Below are positions 27,357 to 35,848 of a stretch of DNA of 64,000 nt, piece after piece (within the stretch, counting starts at the first letter, position 1; the number at the start of each line of letters is the position of its first letter). The stretch is from contig SKKN01000014.1 of NCBI GenBank assembly GCA_007121455.1, forward strand, positions 20,653-84,652. The letters are read 5' to 3'. The position numbers and the translations under genes are program-made. The DNA comes from Gemmatimonadota bacterium (lineage in GTDB: Bacteria > Gemmatimonadota > Gemmatimonadetes > Longimicrobiales > Gaopeijiaceae). Below the pieces are notes generated by a model. That model searched no databases, had not been told where the DNA came from, and was given only the letters and a program-made list of their open reading frames with translations.

Positions 27357-28135
27357 GCGGACCTCCGGGCCGGCTGCCGGATCGGGAGGTCCCAGCCGGC
27401 GAGCGCATCCTTGATCTCCCCTACGGTGGTGAGCCCATCGTGGAGGATCCCCGCGAGGAGGACGGCGTCCGCCATCCCTATGGTGAGCCCATCCCGCAGA
27501 TGCTCGAAGGAGCCCGCCCCACCGGATGCGATCACGGGGACCGAGACGCGCTCTGCCACCGCCCGGGTCAGAGCGAGGTCGTACCCGGTCCGTGCGCCAT
27601 CCTGGTCGATGCTCGTGAGAAGAATCTCCCCGGCACCCCGGTCGCTGCACTCCTCGGCCCACGCCACGGCGTCCAGGGAAGTGGGCTTCCGTCCGCCGTG
27701 GGTGTAGTGGGTCCACGCGGCCTCCGCGCCCTCGTTCCGGGCGGCGTCGATGCTGGCCACGATGCACTGGCTCCCGAACCGCTCCGCTCCCTCCGTGAGG
27801 AGCTCCGGGCGGCCCACCGCCGCGCTGTTCACGGAGATCTTGTCCGCCCCGGCCCGCAGAAGCTCGCCCATGTCCGCCACGGTCCGCACCCCTCCTCCGA
27901 CGGTGAGCGGGATGAAGAGGACCTCGGCGGTGCGCCGCACCGTGTCGAGCAGCGTTCCCCTTCCTTCGTGGGAAGCGGAAATGTCGAGGAAGACCACCTC
28001 GTCGGCCCCTTCCTCTTCGTAGCGCCGGGCCAGCTCCACCGGATCCCCCACGTCCCGGAGATTGCGGAACCCGGTTCCCTTCACGACGCGACCCTCGTCC
28101 ACGTCGAGGCAGACGATGACTCTGGGCCGGAGCAT
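27353..28135 (-). CDS. hisF: Imidazole glycerol phosphate synthase, cyclase subunit
   Basis: The last 260 codons of track ORF 27353..28600, with [31 protein letters not shown] and [12 protein letters not shown]. Confidence 0.95.
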   Translation of the reverse strand: MLRPRVIVCLDVDEGRVVKGTGFRNLRDVGDPVELARRYEEEGADEVVFLDISASHEGRGTLLDTVRRTAEVLFIPLTVGGGVRTVADMGELLRAGADKISVNSAAVGRPELLTEGAERFGSQCIVASIDAARNEGAEAAWTHYTHGGRKPTSLDAVAWAEECSDRGAGEILLTSIDQDGARTGYDLALTRAVAERVSVPVIASGGAGSFEHLRDGLTIGMADAVLLAGILHDGLTTVGEIKDALAGWDLPIRQPARRSA

Positions 28136-28136
28136 C

Positions 28137-28685
28137 TCAGGAGGATCCGGTCGAAAGGTCGATCCGCACCGAGCCCTTGGTGCTGAATACCGCCGTACCC
28201 TCCTCCGTCGCCTGCCGGAGCGCGAGGCCCGTGGCCTTGACCGCGGCCTCGACGATGTGGTGCCGGTCCCGGCCTCGCACCACCTCGATGTGGAGCGTGG
28301 CGCCGAGGTTGGTCGCGAGGCTCTGGAGGAAGTGCTCGTAGAGCGCGGACGGGAGCCTGCCCGCGTAGTAGGGCCTGCCTCCCACGTCGATCGCGGACTG
28401 AACGAGGGCGTCATCCATCGGAACGAGGGCCCATCCGTAGCGCTTTGCGCGGTCGGGTATCTCCGGACGCAGGGCGAGCCCGAGGCTGATCGCCACGTCC
28501 TCCACGAGGTGATGCCGCATGTCCCCTTCCGCCTGCACGTCGAGATCGAGCGAGGCATAGCGGGCGAAGGTCTCGAGCATGTGATCGAGGAAACGATCAC
28601 CGGTTTCCACGGTGGCCGCTCCCTCGCCTCTCGTCACGGTGAGGTCGATCCGCGTCTCGCGGGTTTCTCTTTCGATCCGACTCAT
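28137..28685 (-). CDS. hisB: Imidazoleglycerol-phosphate dehydratase (monofunctional)
   Basis: The last 182 codons of track ORF 28137..29066, with MSRIERETRETRIDLTV, DHMLETFARY, HHLVEDVAISLG and HHIVEAAVKA. There is no phosphatase domain. Confidence 0.9.
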   Translation of the reverse strand: MSRIERETRETRIDLTVTRGEGAATVETGDRFLDHMLETFARYASLDLDVQAEGDMRHHLVEDVAISLGLALRPEIPDRAKRYGWALVPMDDALVQSAIDVGGRPYYAGRLPSALYEHFLQSLATNLGATLHIEVVRGRDRHHIVEAAVKATGLALRQATEEGTAVFSTKGSVRIDLSTGSS

Positions 28686-29395
28686 CTTCCGAACTCCTTC
28701 GCGACGGCTGCCGCATCCAGCACATCCGTGTAGAGGGCCATCCCAAGGACGACCCCGTGAGCCCCGAGCTTTGCGAGAGCTCGAAGGTCTTCCATCGAAC
28801 CCACGCCACCGGAGATCCAGACCCGGTGGGGGGATGCCGCGAGTACACGGCGCACCTCGGGCACGTTCACACCGGCCATGCGTCCCTCGCGGCCGACGTC
28901 CGTGCACAGGACGCCCGCCAGGGGCAGCGCCTCGAGCCCGGGGAGGTAGCGTTCCACCTCGAGATGCGACGCCTCCGTCCACCCGCGCGTCAGAACCTTG
29001 CCGTCCCGGACGTCCGCGGCTACGACGACCCGCCCGGGGTGGCGCTCCGCCAGACCGCCGAGCCACTCCGGGTCGTCGATCGCGCGTGTCCCCACGACGA
29101 TGCGAGTCACTCCTTCCTGGAGCAGCTCATCCGCGGCCGCCGTGGTTCGCACGCCCCCCCCGACCTGAAGCTCCGCCGGCGATCGGCGCGCCACCTCCCG
29201 GATCGTCGCACGACTTTCCCCCTCTCCCAGGGCGGCGTCCAGGTCCACGACATGAAGACTCCCGAAACCCATCTCCCACCAGCGCTGGGCCACTGCGGGT
29301 GGATCGGGCAGGGACACACGCTCGTCTTCGGGGCGGCCTCCCACGAGCTGCACACAGCGCCCGCCCCTCAGGTCCACGGCCGGAACGGCGATCAC
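28682..29395 (-). CDS. hisA: ProFAR isomerase (1-(5-phosphoribosyl)-5-[(5-phosphoribosylamino)methylideneamino]imidazole-4-carboxamide isomerase)
   Basis: GTG 29395 forms a GTGA overlap with the hisH stop. The protein reads VIAVPAVDLRGGRCVQLVGG...HVVDLDAA...ISGGVGS. Confidence 0.9.
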   Translation of the reverse strand: MIAVPAVDLRGGRCVQLVGGRPEDERVSLPDPPAVAQRWWEMGFGSLHVVDLDAALGEGESRATIREVARRSPAELQVGGGVRTTAAADELLQEGVTRIVVGTRAIDDPEWLGGLAERHPGRVVVAADVRDGKVLTRGWTEASHLEVERYLPGLEALPLAGVLCTDVGREGRMAGVNVPEVRRVLAASPHRVWISGGVGSMEDLRALAKLGAHGVVLGMALYTDVLDAAAVAKEFGR

Positions 29396-30009
29396 CGGCG
29401 CACCTCGTCGAGGAAGTTCCGGATGAGATGGAGACCCGGGCTCGAGCTCTTCTCGGGGTGGAACTGGACGCCCACCGTGCGGGCGCGGCGCACCGCAGCG
29501 GCGAAGCGCTGACCCTCGTACTCCGACCACGCGATGACCGCTCCGGGGGCCTCCGTCACCTCGCACACGTACGAGTTCGCGTAGTAGGCCACGAGTCCTT
29601 CCGGGCCTTTCGTGCCATGGAAGAGGGGATCGCCGGTCACAGTCACGTCGTTCCAGCCCATCTGGGGAACCCGTCGGCCCCGGAGTTTTCGGACCTCCCC
29701 CGGAAGCAGGCCGATGCCCGTGCCCTCACCCTCCTCGCTTCGGGAGAAGAGGAGCTGCATGCCGAGGCAGATTCCGAGGCACGGCAGGCCATCTTCCAGC
29801 GCGTCCCGAACGTCCGCTTCGCGGCCCGCGAGGGCCCGCACCGCAGCGTTGAACGATCCGACGCCCGGGAGCACCAGGGCGTCAGCCGCGAGCGCCTCGT
29901 CCCAGTCGTCCGTGATCACCACCTCCGCACCCCCGGCCTCCAGCCCCTTTCCGAGGGAGTGGAGGTTTCCGGCTCCGTAGTCGAAGAGCGCCACCTTTAC
30001 GTCAGTCAC
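29392..30009 (-). CDS. hisH: Imidazole glycerol phosphate synthase, glutaminase subunit
   Basis: 205 aa with VALFDYGAGNLHSL, the catalytic CLGMQLL, and VQFHPEKS. Its GTG start overlaps the hisC stop by 8 nt. Confidence 0.95.
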   Translation of the reverse strand: MTDVKVALFDYGAGNLHSLGKGLEAGGAEVVITDDWDEALAADALVLPGVGSFNAAVRALAGREADVRDALEDGLPCLGICLGMQLLFSRSEEGEGTGIGLLPGEVRKLRGRRVPQMGWNDVTVTGDPLFHGTKGPEGLVAYYANSYVCEVTEAPGAVIAWSEYEGQRFAAAVRRARTVGVQFHPEKSSSPGLHLIRNFLDEVRR

Positions 30010-31141
30010 CGCGAATCTCCTCCTCCAGCGAATCGAGGGCGGTGAGGAACCGTTCCATGTGGGACCAGGGGCCCACCGTGACCCTCAGGCCATCGCCGAT
30101 CCCCGGAAGGTCCGGAAGAGGACGGACCGCGACCCCCTCCTCTCGGAGGCGTGAAGCCACCCGCACCGCTGCAGGGGGAAGCGGGGGCTCTTCCCTGGAC
30201 GAAGTCCCGCCTCCGGCCCCGCCCCGAACGGGGACGAGCAGGAAGTTGCCTCCGGCGGGGAGGGGGCGAATGCCTCGGTCCCGAAGCGCGCAGGCCAGTC
30301 TCTCTCGATTCTCCACTACCTCCTTCACGATTCCCTCCAGCCACCCGCTACGGTCCGTGAGCGCCGCTGACGCAGCCCGTTCGGACAGCCGCCCCACCTT
30401 GTAGGGGCCGCGCGACTTTTCGATCTCCCGGATCACCTCCGGGTCGCCCACGGAGAAGCCGATCCGGAGGCCTGCGAGCCCGTAGGCCTTGGAGAGGGTG
30501 CGGGTCACCACGAGCCGGGGGATTGCCGGCGCCTCTTCGAGGAGCGACTCCACGTGGAATTCGCCATACGCTTCGTCCACGATGATCACCGGGCCGTCCG
30601 GCGAGCGAGCGGCGTCGAGGAGGTCCCGGAGCCATTCCTGGGTCGCGACCTCCCCGGTCGGGTTGTTCGGCGAGCATACGTAGATCGCGGACGGCTTGGT
30701 GGCGAGAATCAGCTCGGGAGAGGGAAGGAGGGAACCTCCATTCCGTTCCTCCGGGGCTGGAGGGCGGACCTCCACAGGGTTCAGGCCGTTCATCCGGGTG
30801 AGGATCGGGATCATCGAGAAGGTCGGGACCGGATAGGCGACCGTCTCCCCGGAATCGCACGCGGCGCGGAAGGCGGAGTCGAGGAGGTCGTCGGAGCCGC
30901 AGTCCGTCGCGATCGAATCGAGGGGCACTCCGAACCGCTCCTGGATGGCCTCCTTGAGAGGCTCGCCGTATCCGCTCGGGTATCGAGCGAGGTCATCGCC
31001 TTCCGCCTCCTGCAGAATCCGGAGCGCGGCCGGGTGCGGCCCCCAGAGGTTCGTGTTGTCCGACAGGTCGACGGGGGCCGGGCGCAGATCGGGGATGTAC
31101 GCCACGAGGGGACGATACGGCTCTCGGGGAAAGGGGGTCAT
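30002..31141 (-). CDS. hisC: Histidinol-phosphate aminotransferase
   Basis: Track ORF 30002..31234, trimmed to ATG 31141 (MTPFPREPY...). It has the PLP-lysine region TLSKAYGLAGLRIGF and an NPTG motif (SPNNPTGE). Confidence 0.9.
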   Translation of the reverse strand: MTPFPREPYRPLVAYIPDLRPAPVDLSDNTNLWGPHPAALRILQEAEGDDLARYPSGYGEPLKEAIQERFGVPLDSIATDCGSDDLLDSAFRAACDSGETVAYPVPTFSMIPILTRMNGLNPVEVRPPAPEERNGGSLLPSPELILATKPSAIYVCSPNNPTGEVATQEWLRDLLDAARSPDGPVIIVDEAYGEFHVESLLEEAPAIPRLVVTRTLSKAYGLAGLRIGFSVGDPEVIREIEKSRGPYKVGRLSERAASAALTDRSGWLEGIVKEVVENRERLACALRDRGIRPLPAGGNFLLVPVRGGAGGGTSSREEPPLPPAAVRVASRLREEGVAVRPLPDLPGIGDGLRVTVGPWSHMERFLTALDSLEEEIRGD

Positions 31142-31163
31142 CGGACGATCTCCATGGAACGTG

Positions 31164-32507
31164 TCACGTGGGAGTCCCCTTTCCGGAGGCGGAAGAGGTG
31201 TCGGAAGACTCGAGGCCCCGCAGTCGGGCCGCACGGGCGTGTCCGGGAAGGCCCTCGGCCTCGGCGAGCAGGGCCACGTCCTGGAGCATTGCTGCGGCTC
31301 CGGCCGGGTCCAGCTCCTGGTAGGTGTAGAAGCGGATGAAGTCGAGGACGGAAAGCCCGGAGAACGCGTGGGCTGTGCCGGCGGTCGGGAGCACGTGGTT
31401 CGCTCCGGTCAGGTAATCTCCGAACGCAACGGAGGAGGCCTCTCCAAGAAATGCAGTGCCCGCCGTCGGGACCTCCTCCAGATCGGCGCGGGGGGCGGAC
31501 GTGAAGAGGGCGAGGTGTTCCGGGGCGTACCGCCGGGCGAACTCGAGCGCAGCGCTCCGGTCGCGGGCCAGAACGAGCGCCCCTCGCTTCTCCAGCGCGG
31601 CTTCGACGACCTCCCGGCGCGGCGCGGCAGCGACTTCAGTCGCAAGCACATCCCGCACGCGCTCGAGCAGCTCTGGCGCCCATGCGACCACGGCCACGGA
31701 CGCATCGGGATCGTGCTCCGCCTGGGCCACCAGCTCGGCGGCGATGCGGCGGGGGGCCGCGCTCGGGGCTGCGACCACCAGGACTTCGGAGGGTCCCGCG
31801 GGGGCATCGATCCGCACATCCCCGGCGACCTGTCGCTTCGCCTCCGTCACCCACCGGTTCCCCGGCCCCACGACCGCCTGCACACGGGGGATGGAGGCCG
31901 TACCCCACGCCAGAGCCGCCACGGCGCCGGCGCCCCCTACGGCGAACAGGCGTGTGGCGCCTCCCACGGCACATGCGGCCAGAACCTCGAGTGGGGGCTC
32001 CCCCCCGGGTCCCGGGGGAGAGCATACGACGATCTCCTTCACCCCGGCCGTTCGGGCGGGAACCACTCCCATGAGGACCGAGCTGGGATACGCGGCTCTT
32101 CCTCCTGGCGCATACACGCCGACCGCGCTCAGGGGTGTGGACTTCCGGCCGAGCCGGACGCCCGGCTCGGGGGTGAAGGAGACGGGGGCGGGGAGCTGGA
32201 CCCGATGGAAGCCCTCCAGGTTCCGTGCGGCTCGCTCGAGCGCTTTTCGGAGGAGCGGGTCGATGGCCCGAAGCGCCTCCGTCCACCGCACCGCGGGGAT
32301 CTCGAGCTGGTCGAGCTCGACCCCGTCCAACTCCTTCGCCATCTGGAAGAGCGCGGCGTCTCCCTCCGATCGCACCCGCGCAACGAGCTTTCGAACCTCC
32401 TCCTCCAGGGCGGCTCCTTCCGTCGGCGCCCGCTCGATGAGCAGCTTCCATTCCTCGTCGGTCAGCTCCTCGAGCCGGCCTTCCACCGCGATCTTCAGCG
32501 GGCTCAT
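31164..32507 (-). CDS. hisD: Histidinol dehydrogenase
   Basis: The last 447 codons of the 801-aa track ORF, from ATG 32507 (ATGA overlap with the hisG stop). Motifs: GVYAPGGRAAYPSSVLM, AGPSEVLVVA, AQAEHDPDA. Confidence 0.95.
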   Translation of the reverse strand: MSPLKIAVEGRLEELTDEEWKLLIERAPTEGAALEEEVRKLVARVRSEGDAALFQMAKELDGVELDQLEIPAVRWTEALRAIDPLLRKALERAARNLEGFHRVQLPAPVSFTPEPGVRLGRKSTPLSAVGVYAPGGRAAYPSSVLMGVVPARTAGVKEIVVCSPPGPGGEPPLEVLAACAVGGATRLFAVGGAGAVAALAWGTASIPRVQAVVGPGNRWVTEAKRQVAGDVRIDAPAGPSEVLVVAAPSAAPRRIAAELVAQAEHDPDASVAVVAWAPELLERVRDVLATEVAAAPRREVVEAALEKRGALVLARDRSAALEFARRYAPEHLALFTSAPRADLEEVPTAGTAFLGEASSVAFGDYLTGANHVLPTAGTAHAFSGLSVLDFIRFYTYQELDPAGAAAMLQDVALLAEAEGLPGHARAARLRGLESSDTSSASGKGTPT

Positions 32508-33412
32508 GGGGTCAGCCTCTCGATCCGGGTGACGAGAATGCCCTCCGCACCGAGCGCCTTGAGCCGGCTGATCGTCTCGTAGACGCGGTCCTCGTCCACG
32601 ACCGCATGAGCGGCCACCCACGTTCCGCGGTCCAGGACATCGACGATCGTGGGGCCCGAGATGCCCGGTAGAACCTCGCGAACCTCGTCGAGCCGCTCCC
32701 GTAGCACATTCGCCATCAGGTAGCGCTTCCGCTCGGCGCGAAGGACAGACTCGAGGGAGGCGACGAGCCCGTCCATCCGCTTCCTGACCTCGGAATCCCC
32801 GTAGCTCTTCTCGTTCCCGATGAGGTGAGCGGAGGAATGGAGGATCGTACCCACCTCCCGAAGCCGGTGGACCCGGAGGGTCGAGCCGGTGGAGACGAGG
32901 TCCACGATCGCATCCGCAACGCCCAGATGCGGAGCGATCTCCGCCGCGCCGGAGACCGGGGCCACTTGGATCGGCACCCCGAGCTCCTCGAAGAAGGACG
33001 AGGTGAGGTGGGGGAAGGAGGTCGCGATGCGGGTGCCGGCGGGAAGGTCTTCCGATCGCTCCACCTCGCTCTGGTCGGGCACCGCTACGGCCAGGCGACA
33101 CCGTCCGAAGCCCAGGTCCAGCAGGTCGACGGTGGCCCGGCCGCTCTCCGCCACGAGGTCGCTCCCCGTGATGCCCAGCTCGGCCGCCCCGTCGGCCACG
33201 AACTCCGCCACGTCCTGTGCACGTACGAAGATCGCCTGGAAGTGGCTCCCGAGGGACGCGACGAGGGCTCTCTCCGCTCGGAACTGGGCCTTCAATCCCG
33301 CGCGTTCGAAGAGGTCGAGCGCCGCTTCCGAGAGCCGTCCCTTGTTCGGGAGGGCGACCCTGAGCGGTCTGCCGCCGTCGATCTCCCCTCGTGCGCTCCG
33401 CTCCTGAACCAC
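32504..33412 (-). CDS. hisG: ATP phosphoribosyltransferase, long form with a C-terminal regulatory domain
   Basis: 302 aa starting at GTG 33412, preceded by GAGGAGGA. It reads LRVALPNKGRLSE...ELGITGSDL... and has a C-terminal HisG_C-like segment. Confidence 0.9.
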   Translation of the reverse strand: MVQERSARGEIDGGRPLRVALPNKGRLSEAALDLFERAGLKAQFRAERALVASLGSHFQAIFVRAQDVAEFVADGAAELGITGSDLVAESGRATVDLLDLGFGRCRLAVAVPDQSEVERSEDLPAGTRIATSFPHLTSSFFEELGVPIQVAPVSGAAEIAPHLGVADAIVDLVSTGSTLRVHRLREVGTILHSSAHLIGNEKSYGDSEVRKRMDGLVASLESVLRAERKRYLMANVLRERLDEVREVLPGISGPTIVDVLDRGTWVAAHAVVDEDRVYETISRLKALGAEGILVTRIERLTP

Positions 33413-33430
33413 GGGTCCTCCTCATGTGCG

Positions 33431-33471
33431 TACAAAGAAAACGGCCCGTCCGGGCTTCCGGACGGGCCGTT
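33431..33471 (-). terminator. Intrinsic terminator/attenuator hairpin immediately upstream of hisG
   Basis: The minus strand reads AACGGCCCGTCCGG-AAGC-CCGGACGGGCCGTT, a perfect 14-bp stem, followed by TTCTTTGT. It ends about 8 nt before the hisG Shine-Dalgarno. Confidence 0.8.
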
Positions 33472-33496
33472 GCGTTCTGGGTCGTCGGGGCGGCGT

Positions 33497-33592
33497 CTAC
33501 CTCGAGCTCGCACCTCGGCCCTTCCCGCACCCCGTCCGGGGAACGTGATGGTGTCGAGGTGGATGGCAAAATCGACGACGCATCGTCCGCAT
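33497..33592 (-). CDS. Candidate his-operon leader peptide (31 codons, contains an HHH run)
   Basis: It reads ATG CGG ACG ATG ... = MRTMRRRFCHPPRHHHVPRTGCGKGRGASSR-stop. The three consecutive His codons CAC CAT CAC lie at 33553-33545. The ORF sits between a promoter-like element and the terminator. It has no Shine-Dalgarno, so it may be leaderless. Confidence 0.4.
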   Translation of the reverse strand: MRTMRRRFCHPPRHHHVPRTGCGKGRGASSR

Positions 33593-33599
33593 GGGTCCG

Positions 33600-33628
33600 A
33601 AGCTACGCGCGCGAGGCGAGAGGGTCAA
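33600..33628 (-). promoter_or_regulatory. Sigma-70-like promoter candidate for the his leader
   Basis: The minus strand reads TTGACC (33628-33623), a 17-nt spacer, then TAGCTT (33605-33600). The leader ATG follows 7 nt later. Confidence 0.35.
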
Positions 33629-33637
33629 CCGGAGACT

Positions 33638-35230
33638 CTACGGCCATGCGCGGAGAGGCTCGCGACATGTCGGCCACGAGCCCGCCGCGCCGGACTGCGC
33701 GTCAGCCGGGAGTTCCCGGAGGTCACGTGCCATTTGCTCCGGCTCCTCCGACGCGAGGTAGACGAGCATCGCGGTCAGGATCGCATTCGAACGGACCTCG
33801 TCGAACACGATCTTGTCGAAGGTGTCCCGGTTCGTGTGCCAGGTATAGTCCCGGTAATCCCATTCATGGGAGCCGAGACGGAACGAGGGTGCCTGGTGAC
33901 ACACGAAGGAGGCGTGATCGCTTCGTCCCTCATCCGGCATTCCGGGCACCACGAGCGACACCTCGGCGGAGATTTCGGTCGGGACCTGGGAGAGCCACCG
34001 GGAGAAGTACTCCCCCGCGCGGAGAAAGCCCTGCGTGTCGATTTCCGTGATCCGGCCGGTTCCGTTGTCCTGGTTCAGCGCGACGTGGAGCCCCTCTACG
34101 ATTTCCGGGTTGTCTTCCGCGAACGCCGCCGATCCGTTCAGCCCCTGCTCCTCACCGCCCCAATGTCCGACCAGGATCGTGCGCCGCGGGTTCGGATAGA
34201 CCTCCCTCAGGATCCGCATCGCCTCCATCATGGTGATCGTGCCCGTTCCGTTGTCCGTGGCTCCGGACGACCCGTCCCAGGTGTCGAGGTGCGCGGAGAG
34301 CAGGATGTACTCGTCCGGACGCTCTGTCCCTTCGATGCGGCCGATGGTGTTGAAGGTCGGGACCTCTCCGAGGAATTCTGCCTCGGCGTTCACCCGGATG
34401 ACCGGCTCGTGGCCGTTCTTCTGGAGCCGGTACATCAGGCTGTAGTCTTCGCAGGAGAAGGCGACCGAAGGAGCCTGCTGGGTACCCGCGGAGAAGACCC
34501 GGATCGTCCCCCAGCCCTCGGACCAGTTCGAAGTGAGAACTCCGAGGGCGCCGGCCTCTTCGAGCGCCTGTGGGATCTGGGCGGGGTGCATTCCGGAAGA
34601 GAGGAGGCGTTGGGTCCACTCCTGGGAAGCGGCTTCTCGGTCGCTCCGCATCCGCTCGACCGTGTCTTCCGAGGCATGCTCCTCCCAGTAGGGATCGGGC
34701 CGGCAGGTCGGCTGCGGAAAGGAAGTGAGGACGAATCGCCCTTCGACCTCCTCCTGGAGCCACTGTTGGAAGGCGGCGGGTCCATCCGCCTCGGGGAGCG
34801 CGGTCACCGGGCCTTCGACCCAATCCTCCGTGCCGGGGCTCCATGCGAGGGCCATGCCCTCGAGCGTACGCACCCGCGGCTCGAGGAGGTCCACATGGGT
34901 CGGGCCTCGCTCCCAACTCCGCCAGGTGCCGTACTGTTCGTTCTCGGCCTCGATGCCCCATTCCCGGTAGGTCCCCACGATCCAATCGTGCGCCTCCTGA
35001 AGGCTCGGAGTTCCGGTGAGCCGCGGGCCGATCGCGTCCATCAGGACCTGCCCGAGGTCGTAGAGCTGAGAGCGCTCGGTCCCTTCCTCCCAGATCTGCT
35101 CGAGGATCGGGTCCTCCGTAGCGAAAGTCTGCCCGACCCCGGGCAGAGGGGCGGCGAGCACCCCCGTCACGAGCGCCGCTGCCATGAACCGTGTCGTCAT
35201 TCCGTGCTCCAGCTTCAAGAGGATTTCCAA
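33638..35230 (-). CDS. M28 family zinc aminopeptidase, exported
   Basis: 530 aa with a signal peptide and the M28 metal-ligand pattern SAHLDTWDGSSGATDNGTGT...GHWGGEEQGLNGS. Confidence 0.85.
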   Translation of the reverse strand: MEILLKLEHGMTTRFMAAALVTGVLAAPLPGVGQTFATEDPILEQIWEEGTERSQLYDLGQVLMDAIGPRLTGTPSLQEAHDWIVGTYREWGIEAENEQYGTWRSWERGPTHVDLLEPRVRTLEGMALAWSPGTEDWVEGPVTALPEADGPAAFQQWLQEEVEGRFVLTSFPQPTCRPDPYWEEHASEDTVERMRSDREAASQEWTQRLLSSGMHPAQIPQALEEAGALGVLTSNWSEGWGTIRVFSAGTQQAPSVAFSCEDYSLMYRLQKNGHEPVIRVNAEAEFLGEVPTFNTIGRIEGTERPDEYILLSAHLDTWDGSSGATDNGTGTITMMEAMRILREVYPNPRRTILVGHWGGEEQGLNGSAAFAEDNPEIVEGLHVALNQDNGTGRITEIDTQGFLRAGEYFSRWLSQVPTEISAEVSLVVPGMPDEGRSDHASFVCHQAPSFRLGSHEWDYRDYTWHTNRDTFDKIVFDEVRSNAILTAMLVYLASEEPEQMARDLRELPADAQSGAAGSWPTCREPLRAWP

Positions 35231-35327
35231 AGGGAGAGGAGGCGGGGGACCGCTGCGCTCCCGAGTTCCACCCGCCCCGTGATCGCCCGATGCGTTCGAG
35301 GCGCTTGGGGGGGGGGAGTGCTCCTCC

Positions 35328-35726
35328 TCAATTCGGCGCCTCGATCACAGTGATCCGTACCTCCGCCGTGCCGGGTTCGATGAGTCCCAACTCCCGTGCA
35401 CCGCGCCGCGAGACGTCGATGATCCGGCCTTGTACAAAGGGACCACGGTCATTGATCCGAACTTCGGTGGAAGTCCCGTTGTCCAGGTTCTCGATCCGGA
35501 CGACCGTGCCGAAAGGGAGCGTCTGATGCGCGGCCGTCGGAGCATTCATATCGTACACTTCCCCGGAAGCGGTCTGGCGGCCGTGGAACGGGTCGCCGTA
35601 CCAGGAAGCGATCCCCCGCTCCTCCCAGCCGACTTCCACGGAGGGCGCTGGTGGGGGCGGCACCCCGACACCGGCACACGCCGTGAGAAGCAGGAACGAG
35701 AAAAGGAAGAGGCATCGCCGCATCAT
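35328..35726 (-). CDS. rlpA: RlpA-family septal lytic transglycosylase-like lipoprotein (DPBB domain)
   Basis: 132 aa with lipobox LLTAC and the DPBB pattern GIASWYGDPFHGRQTASGEVYDMNAPTAAHQTLPFGTVVRIENLDNGTSTEVRINDRGPF. Confidence 0.85.
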   Translation of the reverse strand: MMRRCLFLFSFLLLTACAGVGVPPPPAPSVEVGWEERGIASWYGDPFHGRQTASGEVYDMNAPTAAHQTLPFGTVVRIENLDNGTSTEVRINDRGPFVQGRIIDVSRRGARELGLIEPGTAEVRITVIEAPN

Positions 35727-35848
35727 CCGGAGGAAGGTGGTCCCGGGCGCGGACCTCCGTCAAATCCGCCGCCTGAAGAGGCGCTCCCCCGGGCCTCGCC
35801 GCCACTCTCCCGGTACCTTCCCGCGCCCGACTCCAGTATCATCGTGAC

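Noticed and set aside
31164-33569. An 801-aa ORF that appears to fuse a large N-terminal region to histidinol dehydrogenase.
   Set aside because: The upstream ~350 codons are an off-frame read through hisG and the leader region, with Arg/Gly/Pro-rich composition. HisD begins at ATG 32507 in an ATGA overlap with the hisG stop.
32825-35353. An 842-aa plus-strand ORF spanning hisG, the leader region and the M28 peptidase gene.
   Set aside because: It is antisense to two well-supported genes and crosses an intergenic terminator. It has no motifs and is a shadow ORF. The same reasoning applies to 48152..49999, 50051..52282, 54762..56222, 23050..24423 and 21455..22657, except the last 71 codons of 21455..22657.
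35231-35848. A possible SOS (LexA) box upstream of uvrA.
   Set aside because: I see no palindrome resembling the known LexA operator classes in the 120-nt rlpA-uvrA spacer. Only a -10-like TATCAT is present, and that is reported separately.
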